The notes beneath the pieces are model-generated. The model did not search any database, had not been told where the DNA came from, and saw only the letters and a list, made by a program, of their open reading frames with translations. A program made the position numbers and the translations under genes. DNA of 64,000 bases from an uncultured delta proteobacterium (GTDB lineage Bacteria > Desulfobacterota > BSN033 > UBA1163): NCBI GenBank assembly GCA_963708295.1, contig CAVPSJ010000008.1:288001-352000 (forward strand), in the 5' to 3' direction. Within the stretch, counting starts at the first letter, position 1. Every line of letters begins with the position of its first letter. Of the stretch, positions 12,573-21,587 are shown piece after piece.

Positions 12573-13976
12573 ATGGTGTCTCATCCATCTATTCTAGTGG
12601 TCGATGACGAACCCAATTCCCTTTTCGGAATTTGTCAGGTTTTAACCGATGAAGGTTTCCAAACCGTTTCAGCCAGAACCGGGAGGGAAGCGTTAGAAAA
12701 ACTGAAGACCGATCCAGTCAATCTGATCATCACGGATGAAAAAATGCCTGATCTGAGTGGGACGGAGCTCCTTTTGGAAGTCAAGAAAAACCATCCTACC
12801 ATTCCGGTGATTCTGATCTCGGCTTATGGTTCCGTTTTGATGGCAGTGGAGGCCTTAAAGAAGGGTGCATTCTATTTCTTTGAAAAACCCATCTTTGACA
12901 AACTGGAGAGGTTTTTTATCATCATCCGGCAGGCGCTCAAAACGCAGGAGATGGAAAAAGAGATTGACTCGCTTCGGAAAGAGGTCACCGAAAAATATTC
13001 TTTTCCCAATATCGTAGGCCATCACCCGAGAATGCGGGAGATTTTTGAGATTATTAGCCGGGTGGCTGAAACGGACGCAACCATTCTGGTCCAGGGGGAG
13101 AGCGGGACGGGAAAAGACCTCATCGCCAAGACGATCCACTACAATAGTCTGAGGAAGGAAAAACCCTTGGTCACAGTCAATTGCGGAGCATTGACGGAAA
13201 GCCTTCTCACGAGTGAACTCTTTGGCCATCGGAGGGGAGCTTTTACAGGTGCCGTCAAAGATACCATAGGTCGTTTTCAGGCAGCGGATGGCGGGACACT
13301 GGTATTAGACGAAATTGGCGAGATACCGGTCAATCTTCAAAAAACGCTTTTGCGGGTGATTGAGGAGAAGGAGTTCGAAAAGGTTGGGGACAGTCAATCG
13401 ACAAAAGTCGATGTTCGAATTATTTCCACCACCAATCGGAATCTTCAGGAAGAGGTGTCCAAAGGGAATTTCCGAGAGGATCTTTTTTATAGATTGAATA
13501 TTGTTCCGATTACGATTCCCCCTCTCAGAGAGCGACCCTCGGATATTCCCTCGCTGGCCGACCATTTTCTCAAGAAATTCCAGAAGGGGAAAGTACCCAT
13601 CCGGATTGAACCGGAAGTGATGGAGCAGCTGAAAACATTTTCCTGGTCCGGAAACGTCAGAGAGCTAGCAAATATTATTCAGCAGATGATGGTGTTCTGT
13701 AGGAGAAATACGATCAATATCAATGATCTTCCCCCTCATCTTTTTCTGAAGGAGGGATTGGAAGAAAGGAAAAGCAGGGGAAAGATCCAGTTGGTGAAAA
13801 TGGTTTCCGAACTTGAAAGAAAGTGGATTGTCACCAAACTGAAGGAATGCGACTGGAACCAAGAGAAAACGGCGCGACTCTTAGGAATCACTCGAAAAAT
13901 GCTTGCGAATCGAATCAACAAGTACAATATCAAACCACAAAAAAGTAGATGGCCTAACCTTAAGACCTGGCAATAA
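12573..13976 (+). CDS. NtrC-family sigma54-dependent response regulator
   Basis: REC domain, GESGTGKD, GAFTGA, LVLDEIGE, WSGNVREL, C-terminal Fis-type HTH. Confidence 0.96.
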   Translation: MVSHPSILVVDDEPNSLFGICQVLTDEGFQTVSARTGREALEKLKTDPVNLIITDEKMPDLSGTELLLEVKKNHPTIPVILISAYGSVLMAVEALKKGAFYFFEKPIFDKLERFFIIIRQALKTQEMEKEIDSLRKEVTEKYSFPNIVGHHPRMREIFEIISRVAETDATILVQGESGTGKDLIAKTIHYNSLRKEKPLVTVNCGALTESLLTSELFGHRRGAFTGAVKDTIGRFQAADGGTLVLDEIGEIPVNLQKTLLRVIEEKEFEKVGDSQSTKVDVRIISTTNRNLQEEVSKGNFREDLFYRLNIVPITIPPLRERPSDIPSLADHFLKKFQKGKVPIRIEPEVMEQLKTFSWSGNVRELANIIQQMMVFCRRNTININDLPPHLFLKEGLEERKSRGKIQLVKMVSELERKWIVTKLKECDWNQEKTARLLGITRKMLANRINKYNIKPQKSRWPNLKTWQ

Positions 13977-13997
13977 ATTGGCTGCAGGGACAACACC

Positions 13998-14873
13998 ATG
14001 AACCGCAATTGGATTCTCCTGCTCGACCCGTTCAAGAACCTTCTGAATGCCTATCGCATGATTTTGGAAGAGGAAGAATATTTTGTCGAAACCGCAGTCA
14101 ATTTGAAGGAGGCATATCAGCTTTTCGGAAAAAGACAATATTCTGTGATAATTACAGAATATTGTCCTCCTTTCGAGGAGATGGATGAAATGATTCAATG
14201 GGCAAAAAGGAATGCCCCTGAAACCTATCTCATCATCGTAACCAATGCTTCCGTTGATGAAAAAATATATGATAGGCTTTTTGCTATTGGGGTTGATGAC
14301 TTTATTCCAAAACCCTATTCCCCGGAGAGGGTTCTCGTCCATATTAGAAAGGGCCTGAAGCAAAGAGATTTAATCCTTAGACTCCAAGAATTAGAGAGGA
14401 TTAGTCTTCTTAAGCCATTTGCTCGAGGTATTCACGAAGTGATTTTCGACACGGTCTTTTTCAAGAGATGTCTTCGTCAAGAATTCAAGAGGGCGAAGCG
14501 TCATCACCATCCGTTTTCTCTATTATTGATGCAAGTGCCGGGGGAAGAAAAAATAGGCAATCGCTTCGAAAGTTTTTACATGGATCTTGTGAGGATTGTG
14601 AGAAAGCATACGAGAGAAGAAGACATGATTGGCAAGAACAATGGTGAAATAGGTATCATCCTTCCCGAGACAGACAAGACCGGAACAGAGGCTCTCGTGC
14701 AAAGGCTTTTGAACTTGATTCATTCTGACCCTCAACTCAAATCTGAAAAAGACCTAGGATCTTTCGTTCAAGCCCTGTCTTTCCAATCCTTTACATTCCC
14801 GGGCCAGTTTTCCATTCCAGAACCCTTGAAGGCCGTTTTGGAAGATAAGAATAAGGAATTCTTGCCCCAATAG
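13998..14873 (+). CDS. Atypical receiver + degenerate GGDEF-like domain protein
   Basis: REC fold with Glu at the phospho-site (IITEY). The C-terminus EFKRAKRHHHPFSLLLM..REEDMIGKNNGEIGIILPET keeps RxxD but has lost GGDEF. Confidence 0.75.
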   Translation: MNRNWILLLDPFKNLLNAYRMILEEEEYFVETAVNLKEAYQLFGKRQYSVIITEYCPPFEEMDEMIQWAKRNAPETYLIIVTNASVDEKIYDRLFAIGVDDFIPKPYSPERVLVHIRKGLKQRDLILRLQELERISLLKPFARGIHEVIFDTVFFKRCLRQEFKRAKRHHHPFSLLLMQVPGEEKIGNRFESFYMDLVRIVRKHTREEDMIGKNNGEIGIILPETDKTGTEALVQRLLNLIHSDPQLKSEKDLGSFVQALSFQSFTFPGQFSIPEPLKAVLEDKNKEFLPQ

Positions 14874-15077
14874 TCCATTCCTTAATTCACCCCTTTTTAG
14901 TGCAACGATAAAACTATCCGAATTTATTAAATAAAGTTTATCATTGTGTGCCTTTTGGCTCAGTGATTGTGCCAAAGGGTCATTTTAGGGTGAAAGACTG
15001 ATCCGGCGCAAAACCATTTTTTTGGAAAAACCTTTTATAATCAACGTGTTATGTAAAATTCAGAACAGCATCCTGAT

Positions 15078-15093
15078 TGGTACGCAAATTGCT
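15078..15093 (+). promoter_or_regulatory. sigma54 (-24/-12) promoter
   Basis: TGGTAC-GCAAA-TTGCT, upstream of 15201. Confidence 0.75.
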
Positions 15094-15200
15094 CTATATA
15101 AAACCGTTTTACAAGGCAGGGAATCCGAGAAAAAAAGCATATCCCACGAAACAAATGATATGCCGAGTTTATTCTTAACGAACTTCTTAAGGTCCTGACT

Positions 15201-15695
15201 ATGCCGAAAGAAACGATTCTCATCCTAGACAAGGATTTTCATACCCAATGGACTCTAAGAACGATATTGGAAAGCGAGAGATATATTGTCCTCGCTGTAG
15301 ATACAATTGAAAGGGCATTAACCAATTTTCAGGAGTTTGAAGTTTCAGGTCTGATCACCGAAGATCAAATCAATCATAACAACGTTGCTGAAATCATTCG
15401 AGAATTGAAAAAGGATTTTCCAGAACTCTATGTGATGATGCTCACGGCTGAAAATTTGGAGGAGAGAGAATATAAGAAAATGATGAATGCCGGCATCGAT
15501 GATTTGTTTCTCAAACCCATCTCCACCGAAAAAATCCTCATCCATCTCAAGAAGGGGTTAAGGCACCGTAAGGTTCTTCTTCAAAAGAAACGCCTGGAAC
15601 AAAGACTGAGTGAAATGAGGGCCAATAGAAACATCCAGGAGATCGCTTTAAGTAGAGAGAGTTTGGGCCAAAAGAAATCATTTACCATAAGATAG
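15201..15695 (+). CDS. Stand-alone atypical receiver-domain protein with coiled-coil tail
   Basis: ILILDKD, LITED, MMLTA, LFLKP. Confidence 0.8.
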   Translation: MPKETILILDKDFHTQWTLRTILESERYIVLAVDTIERALTNFQEFEVSGLITEDQINHNNVAEIIRELKKDFPELYVMMLTAENLEEREYKKMMNAGIDDLFLKPISTEKILIHLKKGLRHRKVLLQKKRLEQRLSEMRANRNIQEIALSRESLGQKKSFTIR

Positions 15696-15719
15696 AAAAT
15701 AAACTATAGGGGATGAAAA

Positions 15720-17447
15720 ATGGAAGCGAATACGATACCCAAGAGATCTGGAATATCCACGAACGTTCTTTACCCGGTCGATAACAAGACGAAGATTTTC
15801 ACGCTTTTTCGGAAGGTTCAGGGGGCCATGCACAATGTTCCTAATTTCGGCGACACCTGCAAAGGTATTTTGGATGCAGTCATGGAAGAAATGGACGCCG
15901 AAAACTGCTCTCTGATGTTGAAAGATCCGAATTCCGGCGATTTAACGATCTGTGCAGCCCGCGGAAGAAACGAAGAGAAAAGTGTCTTTTACCTAGATCG
16001 CTCGGGGAATGGAAGAAGATTCAAATCAGGAGAAGGGGTTGCAGGCTGGGTTCTGAAAGAGGGGCAAGCGGTGATGTTGAATGATGTCGTCCGGGAACCC
16101 CGTTTCGTCAGTGTGGCGGGAATAAATATAAATAATAGTAATAATAGTAATGATGACTTGAATAACGGTAATAATAAGGTCAATTCTCTGATCTGCTTCC
16201 CCATACGAGAGAAAGATCAGGTCGTCGGGGTCTTCAACCTCAGTCATTCTAAGAAAGGTGCCTTCAATGAAGGGGATAAATTGGCGTTAGCCTACATCTC
16301 CAACCAGGTTGGGGCCGCTCTGACCTCTGCCCGTTTCTTTTTGGAAATCAATGAAGTAAACCGGCTGATGAAGGATTCCAGAGAAGCTTTCTCTAAAGAA
16401 AAAGTTGTCCCTATGTTTCCCTCTTCCTTTTCTACTTTTGTCGAAGTCGGTGAAGTCACTCGGGAGGAAGGGATTTTCATTTACACCAGTGACAAGATGC
16501 AGCGGATCAAGGAAATCATTGACCAGATAGCCAATACGGATGTCACGGTGCTGATTCAAGGAGAAAGCGGCGTGGGTAAGGAAGTGGTGGCCCGCTCCAT
16601 TCATCTCAATTCTTTTCGCAGAGAGAGGCCCTTTGTCAAGGTTAACTGCGCAGCCCTTCCCCAAGAGCTTCTGGAGAGCGAGCTTTTCGGTTATGAGAAA
16701 GGTGCGTTTACGGGAGCCTACCGTCAGAAGCAAGGCAGATTTGAGCTTGCCAATGGGGGAACTATTTTCTTGGATGAGATTTCAGAAATGAGCCTGTCCC
16801 TCCAGGGAAAACTTCTCCAGGTCCTTCAGGACAGAGAGTTTTCGAGATTAGGAGGGAAGAAGGACATCCGGGTGGATGTGCGCGTGTTAGTTGCGACAAA
16901 TAAGAATATAGAAGAAGGCATCAAGAATGGTCAATTCCGAGAAGATCTTTATTATCGGCTGAATGTGGTCAATATCCTGATCCCTCCCTTGAGGGAAAGA
17001 AGGGGGGAGATCCCGATCTTTGTTGAGTACTTTTTGGACAAATTTGGCAAGAAATATGGGAGAAAGGTACCCCCCTTGTGCGAAAAGACAATGAAGGCTT
17101 TTTCCGAGCACCAGTGGGTGGGAAATGTACGGGAGTTGGAAAATGTCATCCAAAGGCTTGTCGTGCTAGGGAACGAGGAAATGATCACTGAGGAATTGAC
17201 TCCTGTGACCAAGGAAGAGCCTCTCCCCGAAAAAAAGAAGAATACAGCTCCGGCCAAAAAAATTTGGCCTTCTTTGAAAGAAGTTCACCAGGAGGCCATC
17301 AGGAAAGCCGAGTCTGAGATGATCCTGGAAGCGTTAGAGACGACGAATTGGAACCGCAAGAAGGCCGCCAGTAAATTAAATATCAGTTATAAGGCTCTTC
17401 TTTATAAGATTAAAGAAACGAGTCTCGATAAGCGATTTAATCCCTAA
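15720..17447 (+). CDS. GAF-domain sigma54 enhancer-binding protein (NifA-like architecture)
   Basis: GAF (GEGVAGWV..SLICFPI..VGVFNL), GESGVGKE, GAFTGA, IFLDEISE, HTH. Confidence 0.94.
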   Translation: MEANTIPKRSGISTNVLYPVDNKTKIFTLFRKVQGAMHNVPNFGDTCKGILDAVMEEMDAENCSLMLKDPNSGDLTICAARGRNEEKSVFYLDRSGNGRRFKSGEGVAGWVLKEGQAVMLNDVVREPRFVSVAGININNSNNSNDDLNNGNNKVNSLICFPIREKDQVVGVFNLSHSKKGAFNEGDKLALAYISNQVGAALTSARFFLEINEVNRLMKDSREAFSKEKVVPMFPSSFSTFVEVGEVTREEGIFIYTSDKMQRIKEIIDQIANTDVTVLIQGESGVGKEVVARSIHLNSFRRERPFVKVNCAALPQELLESELFGYEKGAFTGAYRQKQGRFELANGGTIFLDEISEMSLSLQGKLLQVLQDREFSRLGGKKDIRVDVRVLVATNKNIEEGIKNGQFREDLYYRLNVVNILIPPLRERRGEIPIFVEYFLDKFGKKYGRKVPPLCEKTMKAFSEHQWVGNVRELENVIQRLVVLGNEEMITEELTPVTKEEPLPEKKKNTAPAKKIWPSLKEVHQEAIRKAESEMILEALETTNWNRKKAASKLNISYKALLYKIKETSLDKRFNP

Positions 17448-17752
17448 GCTTCATAAGTAGATCTATCCTTACTTTTGAACTATGTGGAAAAAGAACGATC
17501 GACAAACCGGCGTGGTTAACAATCAAATATGAACGATTTCATTCTTGCTGGCATGACGTTGGAAAAAGAGAATCAATTTTCTACTCCCGACAGAAAAATG
17601 GATGAGGATGGAATTGATTTTCCACTTTTTCTATTTATTTTTCCATATTTTTCCCAATCTCTTGAAAGGAGAAAGCACTATTTGCCATCAGAGATAAAAG
17701 GAATCTGTTTACTTTCAAGAGATTAGTGGACAGGTAGGAAATAATCTCTTAT

Positions 17753-17768
17753 TGGCATATAGATTGCT
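17753..17768 (+). promoter_or_regulatory. sigma54 (-24/-12) promoter
   Basis: TGGCAT-ATAGA-TTGCT. Predicted +1 is about 17779. Confidence 0.8.
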
Positions 17769-17781
17769 CTTTTTGATACTT

Positions 17782-18810
17782 ATGAAGGACATTTTCCAAA
17801 TCTTTTTCGCTCATAATTCTAAGATGGGTAAAATCAAGGCGACGATAGACAAGGTGGCCAAAACGGATATCACGGTTTTAATTAAGGGTGAGAGTGGAAC
17901 GGGAAAAGAACTGTTGGCTCAGGCCATTCATTTAAATTCTCACCGGAAAGACAAACCTTTCATTAAAGTGAATTGCGCGACGATTCCCAAAGGTCTACTC
18001 GAGAGTGAACTCTTTGGCTTTGAAAAAGGGGCCTTCACAGGAGCCCATTTGGAAAAGCCGGGGAAATTCGAGCTGGCTAACGGGGGCACGATCTTGCTGA
18101 ACGATATCGGTGAGATAGACATTTCCATCCAGGCAAAACTCTTGCAAGTCCTCCAGGATGGTATGTTTTCGCGATTGGGAGGCAATGGAGATGTTGGGGT
18201 AGATACCCGTGTGATTGCTACGACCAGAGACCATTTAGAACAAACGGTGATGGAAGGGCGCTTCCGTGAAGACCTATTTTTCAGGGTCAACGTGATTAAT
18301 ATCACCGTTCCGCCTTTACGAGATCGGAAAGAGCAAATTTCCCCCTTCTCACAGTATTATTTGAATTTTTACAAGAAGAAATACGGGAGAGAAATACCCG
18401 CCTTTTCGCCGCCCATGATCGATGCCTTTAAGGAATATGCATGGCCTGGAAACATCCGGGAATTAGAAAACATGGTTAAACGGATTGTCCTGTTCGGTGA
18501 GGAGGGTACGGTCCTGCCTACCCTTTCCGGCCAGGGATTGGGGAATGGAAAGAATCCTAATTCTCCCGGTGAATTATTACCCCGCTCCTTATCCGAAAAT
18601 AAGTCCCTCGACTTGAAAGAGGTCGGAAAAAAGGCGGCTGAAGTTGCGGAGAAAGAGATTATCCAAAGTACCTTACAAGAGACCCATTGGAACCGGAAAC
18701 AGGCGGCCAAATTGCTTCGTGTGAGCTATAAGGCACTTTTGTATAAGATTCAGAAATACCATTTGGATGACATCAAAGGATATCGAAAGGCCGAGGAGGA
18801 GACGGCGTGA
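17782..18810 (+). CDS. sigma54 enhancer-binding protein lacking a sensory domain, with degenerate Walker B
   Basis: GESGTGKE, GAFTGA, ILLNDIGE (ND in place of DE), WPGNIREL, HTH. Confidence 0.9.
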   Translation: MKDIFQIFFAHNSKMGKIKATIDKVAKTDITVLIKGESGTGKELLAQAIHLNSHRKDKPFIKVNCATIPKGLLESELFGFEKGAFTGAHLEKPGKFELANGGTILLNDIGEIDISIQAKLLQVLQDGMFSRLGGNGDVGVDTRVIATTRDHLEQTVMEGRFREDLFFRVNVINITVPPLRDRKEQISPFSQYYLNFYKKKYGREIPAFSPPMIDAFKEYAWPGNIRELENMVKRIVLFGEEGTVLPTLSGQGLGNGKNPNSPGELLPRSLSENKSLDLKEVGKKAAEVAEKEIIQSTLQETHWNRKQAAKLLRVSYKALLYKIQKYHLDDIKGYRKAEEETA

Positions 18811-18867
18811 AGGCCTTTACTTGTTTTCGTCCCAACAACAAACGGATCAGGGCATGGAGGAGCGAGG

Positions 18868-19323
18868 ATGGGATATGGGGAGGGAAAATTCCCGGACGGG
18901 CCGGAGGAACCCTTCGGCAGAATCCTGAATCGAAATCTGTTTCATTTTGTCTTGGACACCGAAGTGAAGCGTTCACGGCGTTATCAGAATTTTCTCTGCC
19001 TGATGCTCTTCAAAATTAAGCAATCTCCCCAGGAGGGTAATCGGGGAGGTTTGCAGGCTTGCTATCGGAGATTGGGTGATCTACTGATGGAGGAGACACG
19101 GGAAAGTGATATCATCGGTTCTTTAGAAGGAGACAGGCTCGTCGTCCTCCTGCCTTATGCGGATATGAAAGCAGGAGCTCATGTGAAATCTCGCTTTGAA
19201 GACGTTCTGAAATATTACGACTTTAAAAGCAAGGGCATTGAGATCATGATTGACCAAGTCTGTTTTCCTGCCAATGGATCGGACACGGTGGATCTTATCG
19301 AACGGGCGTTACGGATCGGATAG
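18868..19323 (+). CDS. Stand-alone degenerate GGDEF-like domain protein
   Basis: EVKRSRRYQNFLCLMLF..RESDIIGSLEGDRLVVLLP..FPANG. Confidence 0.75.
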   Translation: MGYGEGKFPDGPEEPFGRILNRNLFHFVLDTEVKRSRRYQNFLCLMLFKIKQSPQEGNRGGLQACYRRLGDLLMEETRESDIIGSLEGDRLVVLLPYADMKAGAHVKSRFEDVLKYYDFKSKGIEIMIDQVCFPANGSDTVDLIERALRIG

Positions 19324-19414
19324 TCTTTATCCGGACGAGAGGTAGAGAAGAAGGCGGATCCGCCACGGAAGATGCAACTCCTGTATAAATAATCATGAAT
19401 GAAGGAGAGGGGAC

Positions 19415-20029
19415 ATGAAAAGATTACTAAGTATCGGATGTGTAGGGACATTGATATTATTGGTGGCGGCCAACATGGCCTACCCTCAGGCGGACAAAGA
19501 GATTCTTTCAAGAAAAGAAGCCCAAGTAGAAGCCGCTGTGGATGGCGACCAGTACGTGATCGGTCCCGAGGATGTTCTTTATATCCATGTTTGGAAAGAA
19601 GAGTCCTTGACGAGAACCGTTCCGGTCAGGATGGACGGAAAGATCTCTCTTCCACTTATCCAAGAGATCAAGGCCGCCGGACTCACGCCTCTCCAGTTAA
19701 AGGAAGTTCTGATGAGAAAGTTTAAGGAATTCATTGAGAACCCGATCGTTTCTGTGACCGTTGTGGAGGTAAACAGCTACAAGGTGTATATCATCGGTCA
19801 AGTCAGGAGCCCAGGTGTCCAGCGTCTTCGAAGCGAAACCACTGTGACCCAGGTTATTATCTTAGCGGGCGGGTTCACAGAGTGGGCAAACCAAAAAAAG
19901 ATCTTGGTTGTCCGGAAAGAAGACGGAAGGGAGAAGCGAATTAAGGTTAACTATAAAAGAATTATGGACGGTAAAGACCTCGATACAAACATTATTCTGA
20001 AAGCAGGCGATACCGTTGTTGTTCCGTAA
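19415..20029 (+). CDS. wza: Polysaccharide export protein (short Wza/OPX, Poly_export + SLBB)
   Basis: YVIGPEDVL, VRMDGKISLPLI, AAGLTP, AGGFTEWA, LKAGDTVVVP. Confidence 0.93.
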   Translation: MKRLLSIGCVGTLILLVAANMAYPQADKEILSRKEAQVEAAVDGDQYVIGPEDVLYIHVWKEESLTRTVPVRMDGKISLPLIQEIKAAGLTPLQLKEVLMRKFKEFIENPIVSVTVVEVNSYKVYIIGQVRSPGVQRLRSETTVTQVIILAGGFTEWANQKKILVVRKEDGREKRIKVNYKRIMDGKDLDTNIILKAGDTVVVP

Positions 20030-20091
20030 ACAATGGAACACGATTCTGGGCGAGGCACCAGAGGGGACACCGTGGGATGAAAGGGGATGCT

Positions 20092-21492
20092 ATGAAACGT
20101 GAGAGAATCATCAAAGCAATAAGAACAGCCTGGGTGACCTGGGTGATACTTACGCTATGTTTTATCGGGATTCCTTCCTTGGTCGATGCGGATATCAGTG
20201 ATATTCTATTAAAATTTTACCCCTATATCACGGCCCAAGAAGAATACAGCAACAATATTTTGCTAAGCTCCAATGCAACCAAATTAGCCGATTATATCAC
20301 CACTGTCAACCCGGGATTGAGATTCTTCGATTTAAAGCCGGGCAGGTATGGGATTGATCTGGATGTTTCCGGGGGATATATCTATTACGCAAAACATCAC
20401 GATCTCAGTTATTGGAATGCCGCAGGGAGGCTTAACTCGTGGTTTGCAGTGACCCCAGACCTGAGTTTTACGCTGAGGGATTATTTCATTCGATCGGATC
20501 AAGCCAGAGAGAATGTGTACCAGAGTGATACTCAGTACAATGCCCAAGGACAGTTCATTGGCGATACACAACCTAATCAGTTTCTTGTTTCCACGGTGAG
20601 GGGAGTCCAGGCGATCTATTTCCGAAACGTTGTGGAGCCATCCATCGCATATCGCTTTGGAGGAGAAAACCGCCTTTCCCTCCTTTATCGAAACAACATC
20701 TATAGGAATGAAAATCCTCTATTCGAGGACAGTATGGAGAATACTCTTAACCCCAACCTTGACTACTGGTTCGATGTTAAAAACGGCGTATCTTTAGATT
20801 ATCGTCTCTCTTTAAACACGTATCAGGTTTCTTCGGATCAGTTAGTGAACACGGTGACTCCCCGTTATACGCACCGTTTCAATCCCAGGACCTCGATCTT
20901 TGGAGAATACCGCTTTGAATATCTGGATTCTGAATCCCCTGGTGTCGACTACTATGTTCACAATCCGAGCCTCGGTCTCCAATATAATTTTAGTCCGACG
21001 CTGATTGGTACAGCCCAAGGGGGCTATTTCTGGCAAATTCCTAAGGAAGGGTCGAAGACACAAGGTCCCTTCGTCAATTTAAGTCTTACCCAGAGAACAC
21101 CGAAGACCCAATATACACTCTCCCTTCAAGGAGGTTATACGGAGGACTATATTACGGCCCAGAATTTGGGGTTTACAAAAACCTACTCGGGGTACGGGAC
21201 GATCCAACATTGGTTAACTCAGAGATTAAGCGTTGGGCTTACGGGGTCGATGTACAGATATTTATACTCTAATAACAACCAGAAAGACTGGGTCTGGGAT
21301 GTCCGGGGCGGTCCTTCCTATTTGCTCTTTCGATGGCTGGAGACTTCATTGGTGGCTTCTTACAGAGGGGATAATTCGAACATTTCAGGCACTGATTACA
21401 CCGAATTTCGCGGGATGTTTACAATAACAATTTCCCGGCCGGGTTATCGGCCGGGTATGATGGGCGGGCCGGGTTATAACCTGTCGTTATGA
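20092..21492 (+). CDS. Outer-membrane beta-barrel associated with EPS export (EpsX/BBP2-like)
   Basis: Signal peptide, EEYSNNI, alternating aromatic beta-strands. Lies next to the short OPX. Confidence 0.75.
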   Translation: MKRERIIKAIRTAWVTWVILTLCFIGIPSLVDADISDILLKFYPYITAQEEYSNNILLSSNATKLADYITTVNPGLRFFDLKPGRYGIDLDVSGGYIYYAKHHDLSYWNAAGRLNSWFAVTPDLSFTLRDYFIRSDQARENVYQSDTQYNAQGQFIGDTQPNQFLVSTVRGVQAIYFRNVVEPSIAYRFGGENRLSLLYRNNIYRNENPLFEDSMENTLNPNLDYWFDVKNGVSLDYRLSLNTYQVSSDQLVNTVTPRYTHRFNPRTSIFGEYRFEYLDSESPGVDYYVHNPSLGLQYNFSPTLIGTAQGGYFWQIPKEGSKTQGPFVNLSLTQRTPKTQYTLSLQGGYTEDYITAQNLGFTKTYSGYGTIQHWLTQRLSVGLTGSMYRYLYSNNNQKDWVWDVRGGPSYLLFRWLETSLVASYRGDNSNISGTDYTEFRGMFTITISRPGYRPGMMGGPGYNLSL

Positions 21493-21587
21493 CCTGTAAT
21501 GAATTGAGGAAAAGAAATGCGATGCGGCGTGACTTCCTTGCAATGGCTCTTTAATTCTTAAATATTTTGAGAGGAGTAGAGGCCAAG

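Noticed and set aside
17549-17564. TGGCATGACGTTGGAA as a sigma54 promoter (similar near-misses at ~48699 and ~63916)
   Set aside because: They lack the conserved GC at -12.
21435-21480. GGCCGGGT(T)AT x3 repeat at the end of the beta-barrel gene
   Set aside because: It is a short coding repeat (RPGY RPGM..GPGY), not a CRISPR or mobile-element end.
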